Origin: the human T2T-CHM13v2.0 reference genome, Homo sapiens
DNA length: 64,000 nucleotides
Assembly: GCF_009914755.1 (NCBI RefSeq)
Contig: NC_060937.1
Reading direction: 5' to 3' (one strand)
Shown here: in pieces, positions 48,259 to 62,823 of the stretch
Numbering within the stretch: the first letter of the stretch is position 1
Layout of the letters: each line of letters begins with the position of its first letter
Made by a program: the position numbers and the translations under genes
The notes under the pieces: model-generated
Told to the model about the DNA's origin: nothing
Database searches by the model: none
Seen by the model: the letters and a program-made list of their open reading frames with translations, nothing else

Positions 48259-49841
48259 TAATGATCAATACATTTTTGTTCAGGTTTGTAGAAAGAAAAC
48301 TTTCAAATTGAGCAAGCCTACAGGATAACAGACTTCTTCAGGAAGGTTAAATGCCTTTCCCTAGAGTTATTTAAACATGGTATAGAGGACCATTCGGGAG
48401 AAGTATGGAAAGAACACAAGCAACAAGTGACCTGCATGGATGGCATTCTTTAACCCTAAAACTTCATCATCTATATGTGCAAAAGACTGCAAAGTCTAAA
48501 CTGAAGATAAATAAAGTAAAAGTCTGTATAGCTGATGACAACACTGCATATTTCCTGATTTACTCAGAAGTTTTCTTAATCATCCTTGAGAAGTTTCCAT
48601 TACAGTATTCCTTGTACACTGGCCAAAGATTTATATTACCAGAACAAAATCAAACAACAACAGAAGAAAAAGGTGAAGAAACAATTTCGTCTGAGATGAT
48701 CACATTTATAAATTTATATAATTTACGTTTGTGTAAACATCTCTGAGATTGCAGGTAAGAGGAACAGGGTTAAATCTACATATTATCTTTTGAATGATTT
48801 TGGTAACAGGAATTTTACCAGCCAGTCTTTCATTTCTTGTATTATACTGAAAACTAAAGAAATAGTTAACTGGGAGCTTCACCAGTGATACCTGCAATTA
48901 TAACTAAAAACAACACATCCAATCAGTTTATTTGCTAAAGAAAATTATGACATGCCAGGATGGTCAAACCACAACAAAGAGAAGGCTAATATTTCAGCTT
49001 ACATCAACTACTTTGCATAACTTGAATGAAAAATGGAAAATTATATTATGTTCATCATTTTATGACACTTTCTGTTGCACACAAAAGAATGAAGAGTATT
49101 GCACTATATATATTCTTTGAAAATATTCCACTGTCAAACAAATAACATTTGATCTCTCTCTCTCTACCTAAAAACTTTGTGAAAGACATTACAGGTAAAG
49201 ACTGCAAAGCTTTGACAACTTTGATCACAGTTAACTTTTTAATTTAATGTCTTCTGAAGTTATTACATTTAACCAAGCAGCAGACATACAATCTAGACTG
49301 ACTCTGTAACCTCCTATCACACCGACTAGGTAACTAAGTTTCCTACAGCCTGCCAATAATAAAAGCAAGAATTGAAACAAAATGCAGCCAATAAACTGTA
49401 GGTATATCTTTAAGTATTTCAATCTCATCAGAGACTCTTATGTTTACCTTTTTTGGAAAAGAAACTTCACTCCAGTAGTTGCAGAAGTTATCCTACTTTC
49501 AGAAAACGAAAAAAAAAAAAATACCTTTGACTGTGTATTTGTCCTACCGGAGTTCTCTTATAAAATCCTCCAAAGTTATAAATTATATCCTAGGAATGAA
49601 GGAGGGAACCAGGTGGATAGATGTTCAGGTCTTCAGGATTATCTATCATAACATTTGATATTGTCTAGGTACAGAACAAACCTTTGGAAAAACAGTTTTT
49701 ATACAGAATCATTCTGGTTAGAATGACTAATACTTATCATACATTGGATGAATTTGGACATCTGTCAGTGGTTTACCAGATTGGGGACAAACTGTCCTGA
49801 GAAAAGTCTAGTAAGTGTGCTATCTGCTGAAGAGCCAAGGG

Positions 49842-49981
49842 TGACTCATGAGGTCATTATGAATTCTAATCTCCATCAAATCTCATCAGCCAAAAGGGAT
49901 GGAGACATCCATCTAAAATATAAATAATGAAAGATAAGTTGTAGTCTAATAAATTATAGCTATGTTCATCATGACGTCATG
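49842..49981. promoter_or_regulatory. candidate AP-1 plus CRE motif cluster
   Basis: TGACTCA 49842-49848, TGAGGTCA 49849-49856, palindrome catgacgtcatg 49970-49981; motif evidence only. Confidence 0.3.
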
Positions 49982-52512
49982 TTATGTGGTAGAAGCCGAT
50001 AGGTACTGATAAGACAGAAAGAAAAAAGAGGTAGGAGTATAGTTTCTTCATTTGTACCAAACATTCATTACAGAAAACAGTTATCAAATAGGCCAAATGG
50101 ATACCTTAATCTATTCAGTGGGTGGCAGAAGAATTACTTTTTCTCTCTATTGAACTCATCATATGAATGAAAAAAAAAAGAACCCTATAACAAGCAGAGA
50201 ATTAGAACTAATGAATGGTAGTACAACCTAATGAGAGCAGTAGACCCCATAGTTCTAATTATCCTTTTTCAACCAAAGAATATGTAAAGTATATTTCCTT
50301 AATTTAAGCCACATCTAGAGAGGAAATCTTCAGTGAAGTGGTTAATGGCCTTAAATATCCTTTAGTTTATTGGCCTATCTATTTTGTTACAGCATTTTAT
50401 TTCCCAGACTATTATTTGACCTTTGAACAATGCAAAATTAAGCTTCGTTTGATTCTATTTCCAAGCACAGGCAAAAATACGCTATGTAATATTAGAAATT
50501 CATATGTTAAGGTCTTATTATTCACATAAAATATGTGGACACTAATATAATTATAAAAATTAATTGAAAATTCATGGTAGCAGCTAAAAAAACTTTTAAT
50601 TAAATTCAAAGTATCTGGCATTTATAAAAGGCCAACACCTTGCTAAGTAATTTTATGCATTTTTACTGTCATCTTAATAAAGGTTTACCACATTTAAAGG
50701 AAACATGCATCCTTTACTATTAATAACTCCTTTAATATTTATTACAATAGATATAGATATTTTTTCTTTTGTGTAAAAAATGTCCAAGCAGAGTTCAACA
50801 TTAAAAACAACTTTTAACATGTTTTATAATTAGAGCATTTTGTCATTGTATTTTATATTACGTATAATTACTGCCTAGTTTATGTGATAAATTCTGATTT
50901 TAAATATTGAATTTGAAATCAGGAAGATATATATCATGATTTTGCTGACATATGAACACATAGCAAAACAAAAAAGGGAGGAGGTTTTAGCTTCAGTGTC
51001 AACCTCAGACAATTTTATAGTTGTTTTGAAAAGACTAATAAAATATTTTCCACATGAATGAAACAACATTAAATATCAAGCTACTTTTTTTAAAGTTATA
51101 AAAATAGAGATGGTCATATTAATGTAGATCATGAACCTGTGAGGAATAAATGTTTCATATATCTGCTAAATACGTCTGATTACAAAGCTGAATTACTACC
51201 ATAATGATTAAATGTTAATTATATGATTCTCAATTATCTATAATACTTCTTGACTGCACATTCATTGACAAAACAAGCAGAAACTTATTTAATTATTTGA
51301 CTTATTAATAGGAAATCTCTCCATTTTATTTCATTGTTTGCGTTTATTCTTGCATAAATGCATATCCATTCAAATCCATTTAACCACATGTCATGTGTAG
51401 GAAACTAAGAGTTCACTGGTTTACATAGACATGTGTTTTGTGTTAGTTCAAGATATGAAAGTTTGCTCTTGTCACAGTCATAAATTGGAAGTCAGGAGCC
51501 TAGGAATAAAATCTGGCCAACTGCCCCATTTCTATTTGAATTGCATCCTCACAGAATGGCTTCCTTTCTTCAGTACAGATTTTCAGAACAGAAAATATAA
51601 AACTTTTAGCCTCTTCCCACCTTTTTTTTCTCAAGTGAGGCTCATCAATAATTGAAAGTAGGCTAAAGTATTCTTGCGAAGAATGCTCAAGTATTGCATC
51701 AATTTGAGTTTTGGTGTCTTTGTATCAGGTATTCTCTTACACAACTTATTCACAGTAAGCTGTCATCACAACTCACAGTAAAGTGTTCGGTTAGTCATTC
51801 TTAACTCCCAGGAGATATTTCATACTAACAATAGAAAATTAACGGAACTAAATAAAAATGCTGATAATTGTTAAGTAACACAGTAAGCAATACAACAAGA
51901 TAATTAATATTATATGTTTTGAGGTAATCAAATATTATTAACTAAGTTTGCAAATGAAAACTTTGATTATTTTCTCTTCTTGATGAAAAATATGTTATTG
52001 AAAGAAACCATATGTGGCTGTAAGTAGTAGCATTTTGGGTAACAGTGTATATTATGTTCTGCAGTATTTTGAAAAAGTTCAGAACAAGTTTTGCACACCA
52101 GTGTCCAGATTAGTTGGCAAATCAGTTTTCTATAAATCTTTTTTTAAACACCTGACTTAGTTCTACATAACCAAATGCATAAAAGATACAAACAAACATC
52201 CCAATCAATGAATCCAACATGTCAGGAAAACTCTCAGATAAGTAAAAACTATGTTGGGTTTATTAATAAACGTCTAGAACCAATATGTGTTCTTACTGTA
52301 ACTCTGTATAAAAGATTACTAAAATATGTACTATCCACTTGATTTATAGCCCACTGGAACTAGATGAAGGTCTTAGCAAGGGATTTTATAGAATACATAT
52401 AAAATTGTAGCATTTAGAATCTCCTCAAGACAGACATTAGAGCTGTCATCTTTTTATTGACAACTTTTAGTCCGTGGTGAAATGTAAAAGACAGTCAAGG
52501 GCTACCACTTCA

Positions 52513-52600
52513 AGCAAGTTACTTAATCCTTTTACCCTCAGCATCCTTATTTATAAATCAGGGAAAATAATGTCTACCATAAAGCTTCTATAAGGATTGT
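52513..52600 (+). mobile_element. MIR fragment
   Basis: gcaagttacttaatccttttaccctcagcatccttatttataaatcagggaaaataatgtctacc. Confidence 0.65.
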
Positions 52601-54049
52601 ATATATATGTATTTCTAAAACGAATATGTGTGAAATGATTGAATATACGAGATATTTAGGGTAAATGGATTTGGATCATTTGCAGATATTCTTCCTTACT
52701 TTTCATAAATTAGATTATTAAATTCAGCTCTTGGTATGCCACTTATTTAAATCAACAAAAATGGAGCATTAACTCAAACAGAAATTAAAGTATATATTCA
52801 ACCTTTTAAAAATGATATGCCCCAATATTAAAAGTTAAATTGGCTTAAAAATATAAATCTATAAGTAATCAAATAGCTGCACATTTAGTGTAATAATGGC
52901 CATATTTTTATGGTGTGTAACAGGATCTTAGTCTAAAAGAAAGTTGAAAAGACGAAAGAGAATTTTAGTTTCATTGTAATATGCATGTGATTAAATTAGT
53001 TCTAGCACATGCAGTTTTATATTACTGACCTGAAATAAGAAAGAACACACACTGTTTCTTATTTGCTTTGTGGCAAAATATGCTCATACAGTAAAATTCA
53101 CTCTGATACTGACTATTGCAATTTAGCAAAGAAGGAGACTGTATTTCAGACTGTAGGTAAATAAAGCATTTAAAGAATGACATGTCTGAGAAAAGCAAGA
53201 GAGATTAATAAGAATGTACCCAAAAGAATTCAGTGTATAGAAAAAAACAAGCTAATGTCATTTCCCAAAGAACAAGCAGTATAACTAGGAGGAGAAAAAT
53301 CATGTAAATGATGACTATGGGAACAAAAATCTCTGGTGTGATTTGATGTTTTTCTTTTATAGATTTGTTATTTTTTCTGTTTTTTTTTTTTTTAATATTT
53401 TGCACCCACAGTGGGTAAAAAGACTATACAAAAAATGTTTTCTAATACAGAACATTTATGCCAGAATAAATATGTTAGGAAATGAGGTTTGGAGGATACA
53501 AAATACTGAGTTTGAAGAGTACAAACGGAAGAGCTCCCTCAGAGGGATCAGAACCTGGTCTATAAATATCTTCAAGGTAACCGTGAATCTAAGGGGAGGA
53601 CATCATTCATAATGTCAGAAAGTAGAAAGACACAGAACAATGCCCTGCAGCTAAAGAAGAAGAAGAAGAAGAAAATAACTTTTTCTGGTTATTTTAAAAG
53701 TTCTTAAGACTGAGGTCAACTGGTTTGAATCACTAACAGACAAGGGCACATCAGTGATTGCTGTTGATAGTCAAGGACAGTTTGTTAGAGGTGTTAGCAC
53801 CAATGGTGATCTTGATCGTACTTAGCATTACAGAGCCTATGAAGTGGAATGCAAATGCCAGTGAGAATATACCTTTATCGATCTTCCTCTTTACCCATAA
53901 GGTATGTATATCAGGGAGTCAGTTTCTATCAACCACACTTTAAGTAGCCAAAAGAGCTCTCTTGTATATAGATAGATTCAAATCCAGATTCTGTGGCCAT
54001 TTTACATTTTGTTTCAAGTCAAAGTTTCTTCTCTGTTTTTAGAATGCTT

Positions 54050-54290
54050 TTTTCCCTATTTATAAAAGTAATACATGCTTACTACAAACATTCAGAGCAA
54101 TAAAGCTAACTCTTTATTCAATCACACAGCAAAAGCTACTATAAACATTCTAGTTTGTATTTACCTATATTTTTACTAATGACAGACACACTCATACATT
54201 ATCCAAAAATGGGATCATGCAACACATTGAATTTTAACCTAACTCTTTCATTTGATATATCAAGGGCACATTTTCCACATCAATAAATAC
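54050..54290 (-). mobile_element. L1ME-like 3' end remnant
   Basis: ttataaaagtaatacatgcttact...actataaacattctagtttgtat...aaaaatgggatcatgc. Confidence 0.5.
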
Positions 54291-54471
54291 AATAAATTTT
54301 GCTTGGTATAAGAATAGGCTAAGCTAAAAGTAGAGTAGGAATGAGAGAAACTAGCTCTTCTATTTTCCTCACAGCTGCAAATCTTGGCTCTGAGTAGTCT
54401 GTAAGGGAGAGTGAAGGATGCATTTTTAAAGATGTTGCTAAATCCTTCCAGTGAAGCAATAACATAGTATA

Positions 54472-54840
54472 TCCATTTATTCATTCAGCAAACATGTACC
54501 AAGTAGCAACCAGGTGTTGGCCCTGTGTTAGTAACTGAGGGATGCCCACATGGTGAGAGGGTCCTGCCATCAAGGGTGCTTCCTTACCCTGCTTTCTTAA
54601 CCTGCTATTCACTCTGGGATAACAGTAAACAATTTTTATCCATTTTTACCACCAACACATTAACAGTGTCTTGGCATATTGCACTGAATTAAAGGGAGAC
54701 TTACATATAAACAATTATTTGAAATGCAGTGTGATAAGAACTGCAATGGGGTCTGACTCAAAGTGCAGTAGAGGCACAAAGGGTCTGTAGTGTGGGTATA
54801 AAAGAACCTTCTCTTCCAAAGTTGGAGATAAATTTGAATT
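54472..54840 (-). mobile_element. L2 3' region
   Basis: tccatttattcattcagcaaacatgtaccaagtagcaaccaggtgttggccctgtgttag. Confidence 0.55.
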
Positions 54841-55294
54841 GTTAATTCCCAAGTCACAAGGAGATTACATGCAGCAATTCATACATTCACAAATAAATTT
54901 GCAAATCTACAGTCCAGCTATGAGGCATACTTTGGATACTCATCAGTGCATTAAATCTCTTTGAGCACTGTTTCAGTAAAACTGGGATATCTATACATCT
55001 TTCCAATGTCCCTTTTTCATGAAATTTGACTATAGCCATGTGCATGTAGGTCCTAGGGAATGAAAGAGTAATTTTCTATTCAGTGCAGATCTGTGTCTAT
55101 AATAGTTCATAGATTCCAACTACCACATATTCTATTCAAAGGAGCAAATTTGAGTTTATTTTTGATTCAATAATAAAGCTATATAAAATGTATAAAATGT
55201 ATTTTGCATCCTCTATGTGTAAGAAATAATACAAAGCACTCCATATTGGCTCACTTAATTGGTACATCAATACTACAAGTATTAATATCTTGAT

Positions 55295-55400
55295 TTAACT
55301 AAGAAAGAAACTGACACACAAACAGATTAAACAAATTGATCAAGATCCCAAACCCAGTAAATGGCAGAGATGAGACTGAAACTAAAAGAATCTGTTTTGA
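55295..55400 (-). mobile_element. MIR core fragment
   Basis: aagaaactgacacac...gattaaacaaattgatcaagatcccaaacccagtaaatggcagagatgagactgaaact. Confidence 0.55.
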
Positions 55401-58400
55401 TTCCACTCTACTCCATGATCTTATTCAAACTGTTAACTGTTTATGGTGATTTATCAATAATGTATTATACAGCTTTGTAAGTCCACAGGGGATATGCATC
55501 GTATCTAATTTGGCAGATCATTTTTAAGGATTTTACAATATTGCTACCCAAATACCAGTATAACATGAACATACATGTATTTAACAATACACATTGACAC
55601 AATGTCTGTCAAACTCAAAGTAGGCATAAAAATCTTTCACTTAAAGTATTGTATTTCAAAACCAAGACACCCACAGACAAATTAAGTGATTCATTCAGAA
55701 GCACTGACAATATAGAAAGAGGCTTTATAAAACAAAGCTTTGCAAGAACACAGATGATTACATTTTAATGACGTCCAAGATTCATTAGGGTTTTTATCTC
55801 ATCATTCTCTTTGATATGATTTCATAGACTATTGGAAAAAGACAAGTGGAATGACAAGACAATATAGTCAATGATCAGATTCTAACATTGTTGGTTTTGA
55901 TTAATAACAACAGTATTCAATTTAGTATTTCTAAATAGTTTCTCAAATGTGCTTACAATGGCAAGTGTTTTTTTATTCGTTGTGTTTTTCATGATTTGAA
56001 GCCACAAGTTTTTCTTCTGTGCAGTTTCCTTTACATTTAAGCTAAACTGGGTATATTTAAACATGTACTTCTTGCTTATTTGTTATAAGAAAACGTTAGC
56101 AACTAAAGTAGATATTTATTATCCAAATGTTTAAGTAAACTTCAACCACATAAAACCCTTGAATCAAGTGGAATATTATAGCACTTGGCAGGTCAAAAAT
56201 AACCAATGAATACAAGAATGTAGCAGACCCAATAGAAGAATATCAGAGAAGAAGACTGTTTAAAGACAACTTTGGGAATTTGTGGCAACATGACGTCTGA
56301 GCCTTGAGGTAATTTACTTAAGAAAATCGGAGCATGATTACTTTCAAAGTAATAATTATTCATGACTTCTATCATAACTATGACAACATGCCTGATAGCC
56401 TTGAATATTTCTTTTCTTGAAAGGTATTAAGTTACTTAATTTTTGTAACAATATGTAATATTTAGTGAAATTAGAAAAAAATAATGTTTCATCATGAAAG
56501 GCATGTTGGAAAGGCATCTATTTATGTACCAGGCTGTAGCAGAAAGAAAAACACAGACTACCAGAGAAATGACTAATGAGTGTGATTGGACACCTTCTTC
56601 TCATCTTTTGGGACCCTCTCACTATTAGCAATCTCTGGTCCACTACCTCTTCCCATCACAATTGAACATAGGACTAAAGACATGGAAGATAGCAAGAAAA
56701 CAGAATTGTGGATGATGATTAGAAAACAAAAATGATAACATGCATAAAATGAGGAAGAAATAGTGAATACCATTTAGTCTAAGTCATTATTTACCAAATA
56801 GCACCCTACTGGCTTGTATGAGTTCACATGGCTTCCCAATGTGCTTCAATTAATCCCAGGGCATAGACTGTGCATACCAGAAAAATATGGCTCAATGCCC
56901 TAAGGAATATATTTAATTTGCTATGAGGAAGTAAATTCTAAATTGGGAAAATCCTATATAGCATAAATCATATAAATGACAGTCTTAGGGCAGAAGAATA
57001 TTAAAATTCTATGGTTCTTATTAATCTGTGAAATGAAAGGGATGCTTAAGCAGGTAATTGTCATTTGAAATGGAAGACAAAACAACATATATTTTAATCA
57101 ACACACTTATTAAATGTCAATTAGAATTTTCATCAACCAAATTATATGAGACTAACTTGCAATAGCAAGCTTGCCAAATGTTAATTAAAAGAATAAACAT
57201 TAACTATTAGTTTAATTTAAATGCCTTTGAAATTTTTCAAAATTTTGTATTTAGGATTACAAACCAATTAATCTTTTCATATACTTTCATCATTTATTAA
57301 AAATCTAAGTAACCTTAGCAAACAAAAAGTGCTCTCAAAAAATTTTCTTAATTAACATGTAATTGAGAACTAATGAAAACCAGAAAACCTTCCTTTTTTT
57401 TCAAGCTATTTATCTATTTCATAAACAAATCTGGAGAACAAAGAATAATGCCTACATGCTAATATGAACAATTCAGATCCTGCAGAAATTGAGTATATTC
57501 TTAAGATCCATTTCAACATGTGTATGCTGTCATATTAAAGTGTATATTTTAATTGATTTATAGTAGTTGAAGAGTTGAGCTGCAATGTATTATAATATTA
57601 TAATTCTTATTACCTAAAGTTAAGTATCCCACCCAATGCATTGCTATGCTAGGTATTGAAAACACAGCTTAAACATTGGTCCTATTCAAGATTACTCTTA
57701 CTTAAGTTAGAGAAAATATATTTTGTTGTTTGCATATACTCTCATATTAGGAATATATTTTTATAAATATAACATTAAACCATGTATTGTTCATATGAGC
57801 ATTTTCCCTGGTAAATATTGAAGGAGTATTAATTAAACTTTCAAGGGTCAGTCTTTATTTCGATGGTGTTGACTGATCTTTTGCTTGAATAATTTTGCTT
57901 GAAACCAATAAAACAATCAGAGTGATATTATTCATGGTCAAGAGGCAATAACTAATTTTCTAAACCTTAGAATTAAATACAGTGATGTTGATGGAGTTGT
58001 ATCCAATGTCCCTTTAACTTACAATGGCTATAAAAATAGAAATATATACAATGTAAGGTTATCAAGACATTATTATGTGAAAAAATCGTTGGAAATTTGA
58101 GAACTCTTATCAAAATCTGCAAGAAAGTCATATTTGACCACAGTTTATCCCAATTCATTTTTATGGTATGATTTTACATGAATCTTTTCAATACTCTTTA
58201 ACTTACAAACAAAAACCAGGGACATTTAAACATTAATAAGGACCTGGGTTTTATGTAGGAAAAAAATACTTTTCAGGTAATTTTTGTTCTTACTTTCGGT
58301 AAATTTCAGTCTTTAGAAAGTAAGTTCAAATGAATTGTCCATTAAACTTAATCAAAAGAGCTGTGCATTTCTTGGGCTAATATTACATATCACGTATTCA

Positions 58401-58434
58401 TTTGCTTATATTCTGCCTCTAAAATATGGTACAT

Positions 58435-58530
58435 TAAAGTGAAGGATATCCCTGTTGTGTTCACTGCTGGATCATTAGTAGAATGCAGTGTTTGGCACAT
58501 AATGGATGATCAATGCTTGTTGAACAGATA
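58435..58530 (+). mobile_element. L2 3' end
   Basis: tgtgttcactgctggatc...cagtgtttggcacataatgg...aatgcttgttgaa. Confidence 0.55.
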
Positions 58531-58717
58531 CAAGTATGAGTAAAGCTAAGGAAATGGAATTATAGTACTTGGAATGGTCATCACATTTTTTTTAATCCTA
58601 TGGACTTAAAATATATGTATGTTTGTAAGCAGCACACATATAAGCTGAAAATTATGTTCAAGCACTCTAGCTTTACTTGTAAGCTACTTTCCAATGTCAA
58701 ACTATAAAAAATGTATA

Positions 58718-59120
58718 CATTCATTCATAAAAACATTGTGAAAATTTCCATAATATGCAGGCCATAATGCTAAGGGTCTATAAGTCAAACTCTGAGTCTA
58801 TGAAACAAAAAAGTGATGTAGAAACTAGTTCAATAATATTTTTAAATGCTATTATAGAGTGTGGAAAAAACATTAGAAGAGCCCAAAGAAGGAAATGTTT
58901 TATTGCTTAAAAATTAGTACAAGCTGCAGTAGAAGTGAGGTCTGACTTAAGACTGGAAGGATAAATCAGACTGTGGATATCACAAATCAAGGAAGGCATT
59001 CCAAGGAAATCATAAAGGTGCAAAGGGCTTCATTAGATGGCTTAGGAAACTGCTCACTCTTTAATAAACTGTAACCCATGATATGGTGGAGGGAATGATA
59101 GCAACAATGTCTGGAAGAGT
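58718..59120 (-). mobile_element. L2 3' region
   Basis: cattcattcataaaacattg...atatgcaggccataatgctaaggg...ctgacttaagactggaaggataaat...ggaaggcattccaagg. Confidence 0.5.
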
Positions 59121-60081
59121 TGTAGATAAAATTATTCATTATTTAAAACAGGAATTAAGTGAGACTATAAATTGTTGTGTCTTTGACAAGCACTGTGTCT
59201 ATATCTGGTTTCTTTTAAGTAGAAATCCATTTTGAGAAAGGCAAAATAGGATATATGACTCCCTTATCATTAAGGGACATTAAATATGTCCACTGTGAGT
59301 TTTACGACATTATCTAGAGCATATAAATTAGTTATTAAATGGAGACTACCAGGGTTTTATCAAAGCTAGTAATTCAATATAAAAGTATTACCATAACATT
59401 TGCATTGGTAGCACACTAATTGCTTTCTTATCACATGAGCCAACTTGGAGTTTCAAAGTCACTAATATGTTAAAGGAGTGATAATATTTTAGGATGCATT
59501 AATACATTTCATAAGATTCACTCCCTTCATTTTCATTCACATGCTAAGGCTTTAATATTATACAGCAAAGCAACTTTTACATAATAGTCATAAAAATTGA
59601 ATTCATTAAGACAAAGGAGAAACTAGAGATATTGTATATATTGACTGAGACTAATGAAATGTTGGCTTTAATGGTGAACTATGAAATGCTTCTGTTTTAA
59701 TCATATATAAATATTCACAAAACACTAAACAGCTAAGAAAATAAATCTTTATTAAGATTTCATGGCTGCAGGCACATCCCTGCTTGGAGATTACAATGGG
59801 AGCCAGCGACTTGGAGAAGAAAGTTATTTTCTCTAGAGCCCTCACATTTTAATTCTATCTTGAGACTCTGGATATCAGTGATTCTTCACTCTTCATTCTG
59901 ACGTTTCACATATTTTGCAATGTTAGGATGTGAGCAATGCAAGAGGATTATTTTTCAAAATACTCTTTTTTTAAAAAAAAAGTCACCTAGTAATCATAAT
60001 AAATCTCAATTTACTAGACTTTCTTATTTTTGCTTTATGGTTTAGTATTTTTTAATTTAAATTAAATATGGGGAGAGTCAC

Positions 60082-60415
60082 TGCTGTGGCTTAAATGTTT
60101 GCTTTGTTGAAAGTTCATTGCCATTGTGGCACTGTTAGGAGGTGGGACATCTGGGAGGTGATAAAGTCATAAGGGCTTCACACTCGTGGGTTTGAATAAT
60201 GTGTTTTAAAAGTGAGTCCCCTTGTTGCCCCCTTTTGTTTCTTTGCCATTCTACCTTCTGCCTTGTGACGACACAGCAAGAAACACCTCTCCAGATGATG
60301 GTGCCTTGATCTTGGACTTCCCAGCCTTCAGAACTGTGAGAAAATGAATTTCTATTCATTATAAATTACCCAGTCTCAGGTATTCTGTCAGAGAAGCACC
60401 AAATGGACGGATCCA
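60082..60415 (+). mobile_element. MST (MSTC/D-like) MaLR solo LTR
   Basis: tgctgtggcttaaatgttt...ggtgccttgatcttggacttcccagccttcagaactgtgagaaaatgaatttctattcattataaattacccagtctcaggtattctgt. Confidence 0.85.
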
Positions 60416-61084
60416 CTTACCAAAATCTTTGTAGGGTTGGAGATTCCTAAAGGTTTTAATCTATTTTTAGTTAAAAAAAATAACCCATTTTCTCAGCTTT
60501 GCTTCTGGATTGTTCAATTCTACCTATTCCTGTGTCCCAACTTTCTTTCTGAATGCAGTAAAGTAGTCTAACTTTACTTCTGAAGTGGTTTGTTCCACAT
60601 AAGTTGACTTTGGAAACCTAGACTGTGCCTTAGTTTCGATTATTTAAATTGTCATAATTGTTGACATAAATATAATGCAGGCCTAAATTACATCCCTTTA
60701 GATTGTATAAAGTTATATATAACATACTAATGCATTCTTTTTTGAAGTCAAAGAAAAATTATACAAGACAAAGCTTCATGAGCAATTTCCATTCAGTAGT
60801 GTGCCAAGTTTTTTTATTGATTTCTTTATAATCAATATTTACTCAGAAACTACACATTTTGTGAGCTGCAAAAAAAAAGTTATAATAAAACATTTTTATG
60901 TCAAGGTCAGCCGAGCAGACATAGGTAATTCTCTTTGTTGTATGTCAAAGGAACTATGATCAAGCAGATCACAGTTCCTATTCAGCTTCTACCTCGTGAC
61001 GAGAAAGCAGGAATCTAGAATGCCTATCTCACCACTATGGACAATCCTACAGTTCTACCTTGTTAAAAACAAGGAGAGAAAACA

Positions 61085-61377
61085 GGCCGGGCTCATACCT
61101 GTAATCTCAGCACTTTGGGAGGCCGAGATGGGCAGATCACAAGGTCAGGAGATCGAAACCATCCTGGCTAACACGGTGAAACCCCGTCTCTACTAAAAAT
61201 ACAAAACATTAGCCGGGCGTGGTGGCGGGCGCCTGTAGTCCCAGCTACTCAGGAGGCTGAGGCAGGAGAATGACGTGAACCCGGGAGGCGAGCTTGCGTG
61301 AGCCGAGATCGCTCCACCGCACTCCAGCCTGGGTGACAGAGCAAGACTCTGTCTCAAAAAAAAAAAAAAAAAAAAAA
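61085..61377 (+). mobile_element. AluY with a small deletion near the 5' end
   Basis: accatcctggctaacacggtgaaacccc, gggcgcctgtagtccc; TSD aaggagagaaaaca at 61071-61084 and 61378-61391. Confidence 0.95.
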
Positions 61378-61492
61378 AAGGAGAGAAAACAAAGGTAGTG
61401 TCTGAAATGTCAAGATATACTTTGAAAATAAACAGAAAAGGGTAGCAAAGAGGAGTAGGATTCTTATCACATACATCAAAAAAATCAGTGGC

Positions 61493-62230
61493 TGAAAAGA
61501 TGCTCAATAAAATTAGCCATCAAGGAAATATAAATAAAATTACAATGAAATAGTTTATATACCAACAGTATGGCTAAAATGGAAAGGAAATAGTGACTGT
61601 TGGTGAGGATGTGGCACACTCAGAAAGTCTCATGCACTGTGGGTGGGAGTAAATTTGGCATAGCTACTTTGGAATTCTGCTTGGCTTGGCAGTATCTGCT
61701 AAAGCTGAAAAAAATGCATGTCTTATGCCCCGCAATTCCACTCCTATGTGTATACCTAAAATAATTTCATACTTATGTTGACTAAAAGACATGTACTAAA
61801 AGAAAGCTGGAAGAGTCCTAGGGGGAATTCTGGGATATTGGCAACGTTGTTTCGTGATCTGGGTGCTGTTTCTATGGTTGTTTTCAGTTTATAAAAGTAC
61901 TTAGGGCTGGGCGCGGTGGCTCACGCCTGTAATTCCAACAGTTTGGGAGGCTGAGGCGGGTGGATCACCTGAGGTCAGGAGTTCAAGACAAGTTTGGCCA
62001 ATATGGTGAAACCCCATCTCTACTAAAAATACAAAAATTAGCTGAGTGTGATGGCATACATCTGTAATCCCGGATACTCAGGAGGCTGAGGCGGGATAAT
62101 TGTTTGAAACCGGGAGGTAGAGGTTGCAGTAAGCCAAGATCATGGCACTGCACTCCAGCCTGAGTGACAGAGCGAGACTCCGGCTCAAAAAAAAAAAAAA
62201 GTACTTAGGATATGTACACTTCAATTTAAC
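61493..62230 (+). mobile_element. old L1M (L1ME-like) ORF2 end/3'UTR, interrupted by an Alu
   Basis: gaaaagatgctcaa...ccatcaaggaaat...tgttggtgaggatgtgg...gcaattccactcctatgtgtatacc. Confidence 0.7.
61905..62196 (+). mobile_element. AluSx-like
   Basis: ggctgggcgcggtggctcacgcc...ggatcacctgaggtcaggagttc; TSD aaaagtacttag at 61893-61904 and 62197-62208. Confidence 0.94.
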
Positions 62231-62459
62231 TCTATTATAATATTACAATGGATTAATAAAATTTTTCTTTTTATTTAATAAAAGAGTGCCCTGGCTTCTT
62301 TTTGACATCAAAGGTAAACTATTTTATCTGAACAAATTGGGCATTCCCTTGCTGAGTCATACATGTTTAGGCACTAGCAAGGCAAGGAAGGCTAAATAAC
62401 TTTTGACAGCTAAATAACTGTTGGTGTGTATTTGAATCACATTTCTAGGGAAAATGGCA

Positions 62460-62823
62460 GAGATTGGTTAATTATTCACAGAACAATTTCCCTTTCTCTT
62501 CTGGGCTTACACCAAAGATTATTTTCTGTTCTCCCTTGTCGTTGGATAGCAGGTATGTGACTGTTATGGCCCTTGCAACACACACAAGTGTTATTCATCA
62601 CTGGCAGGCCCAACCCATACAAGCCCACATAACACTCCTTATCTCTTTCTCCTTGTCTGAAAATTCAAACATTGAAGGAGGTGGTCTAAAATATAGAAAA
62701 TGATGCTGCAGCCAAGAATCTGTTCTTTGACCCACTCTGGACAATGATACAAAAAGGAATAAATGGTACTGTGTTTAGCCACTGAGATGTAGGGTTGTTA
62801 TAGCAGCAAGCCTGTCCTAATAC
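62460..62823 (+). mobile_element. MLT1 (I/J-like) LTR remnant
   Basis: tttccctttctcttctggg...tcccttg...tatgtgactg... end aataaatggtactgtgtttagccactgagatgtagggttgttatagcagcaagcc...ctaatac. Confidence 0.65.

Noticed and set aside
45127-48261. Long ORFs with endonuclease and reverse transcriptase motifs, possibly an active or novel RT system
   Set aside because: Ordinary L1 ORF1/ORF2 fragments with a mutated ORF2 start, multiple frameshifts and stops, and an inverted 3' end.
48405-48760. 113-aa ORF just after the L1 and a nearby CAG|gtaaga donor
   Set aside because: No recognisable domain, AT-rich codon content, and the ORF stops before the donor.
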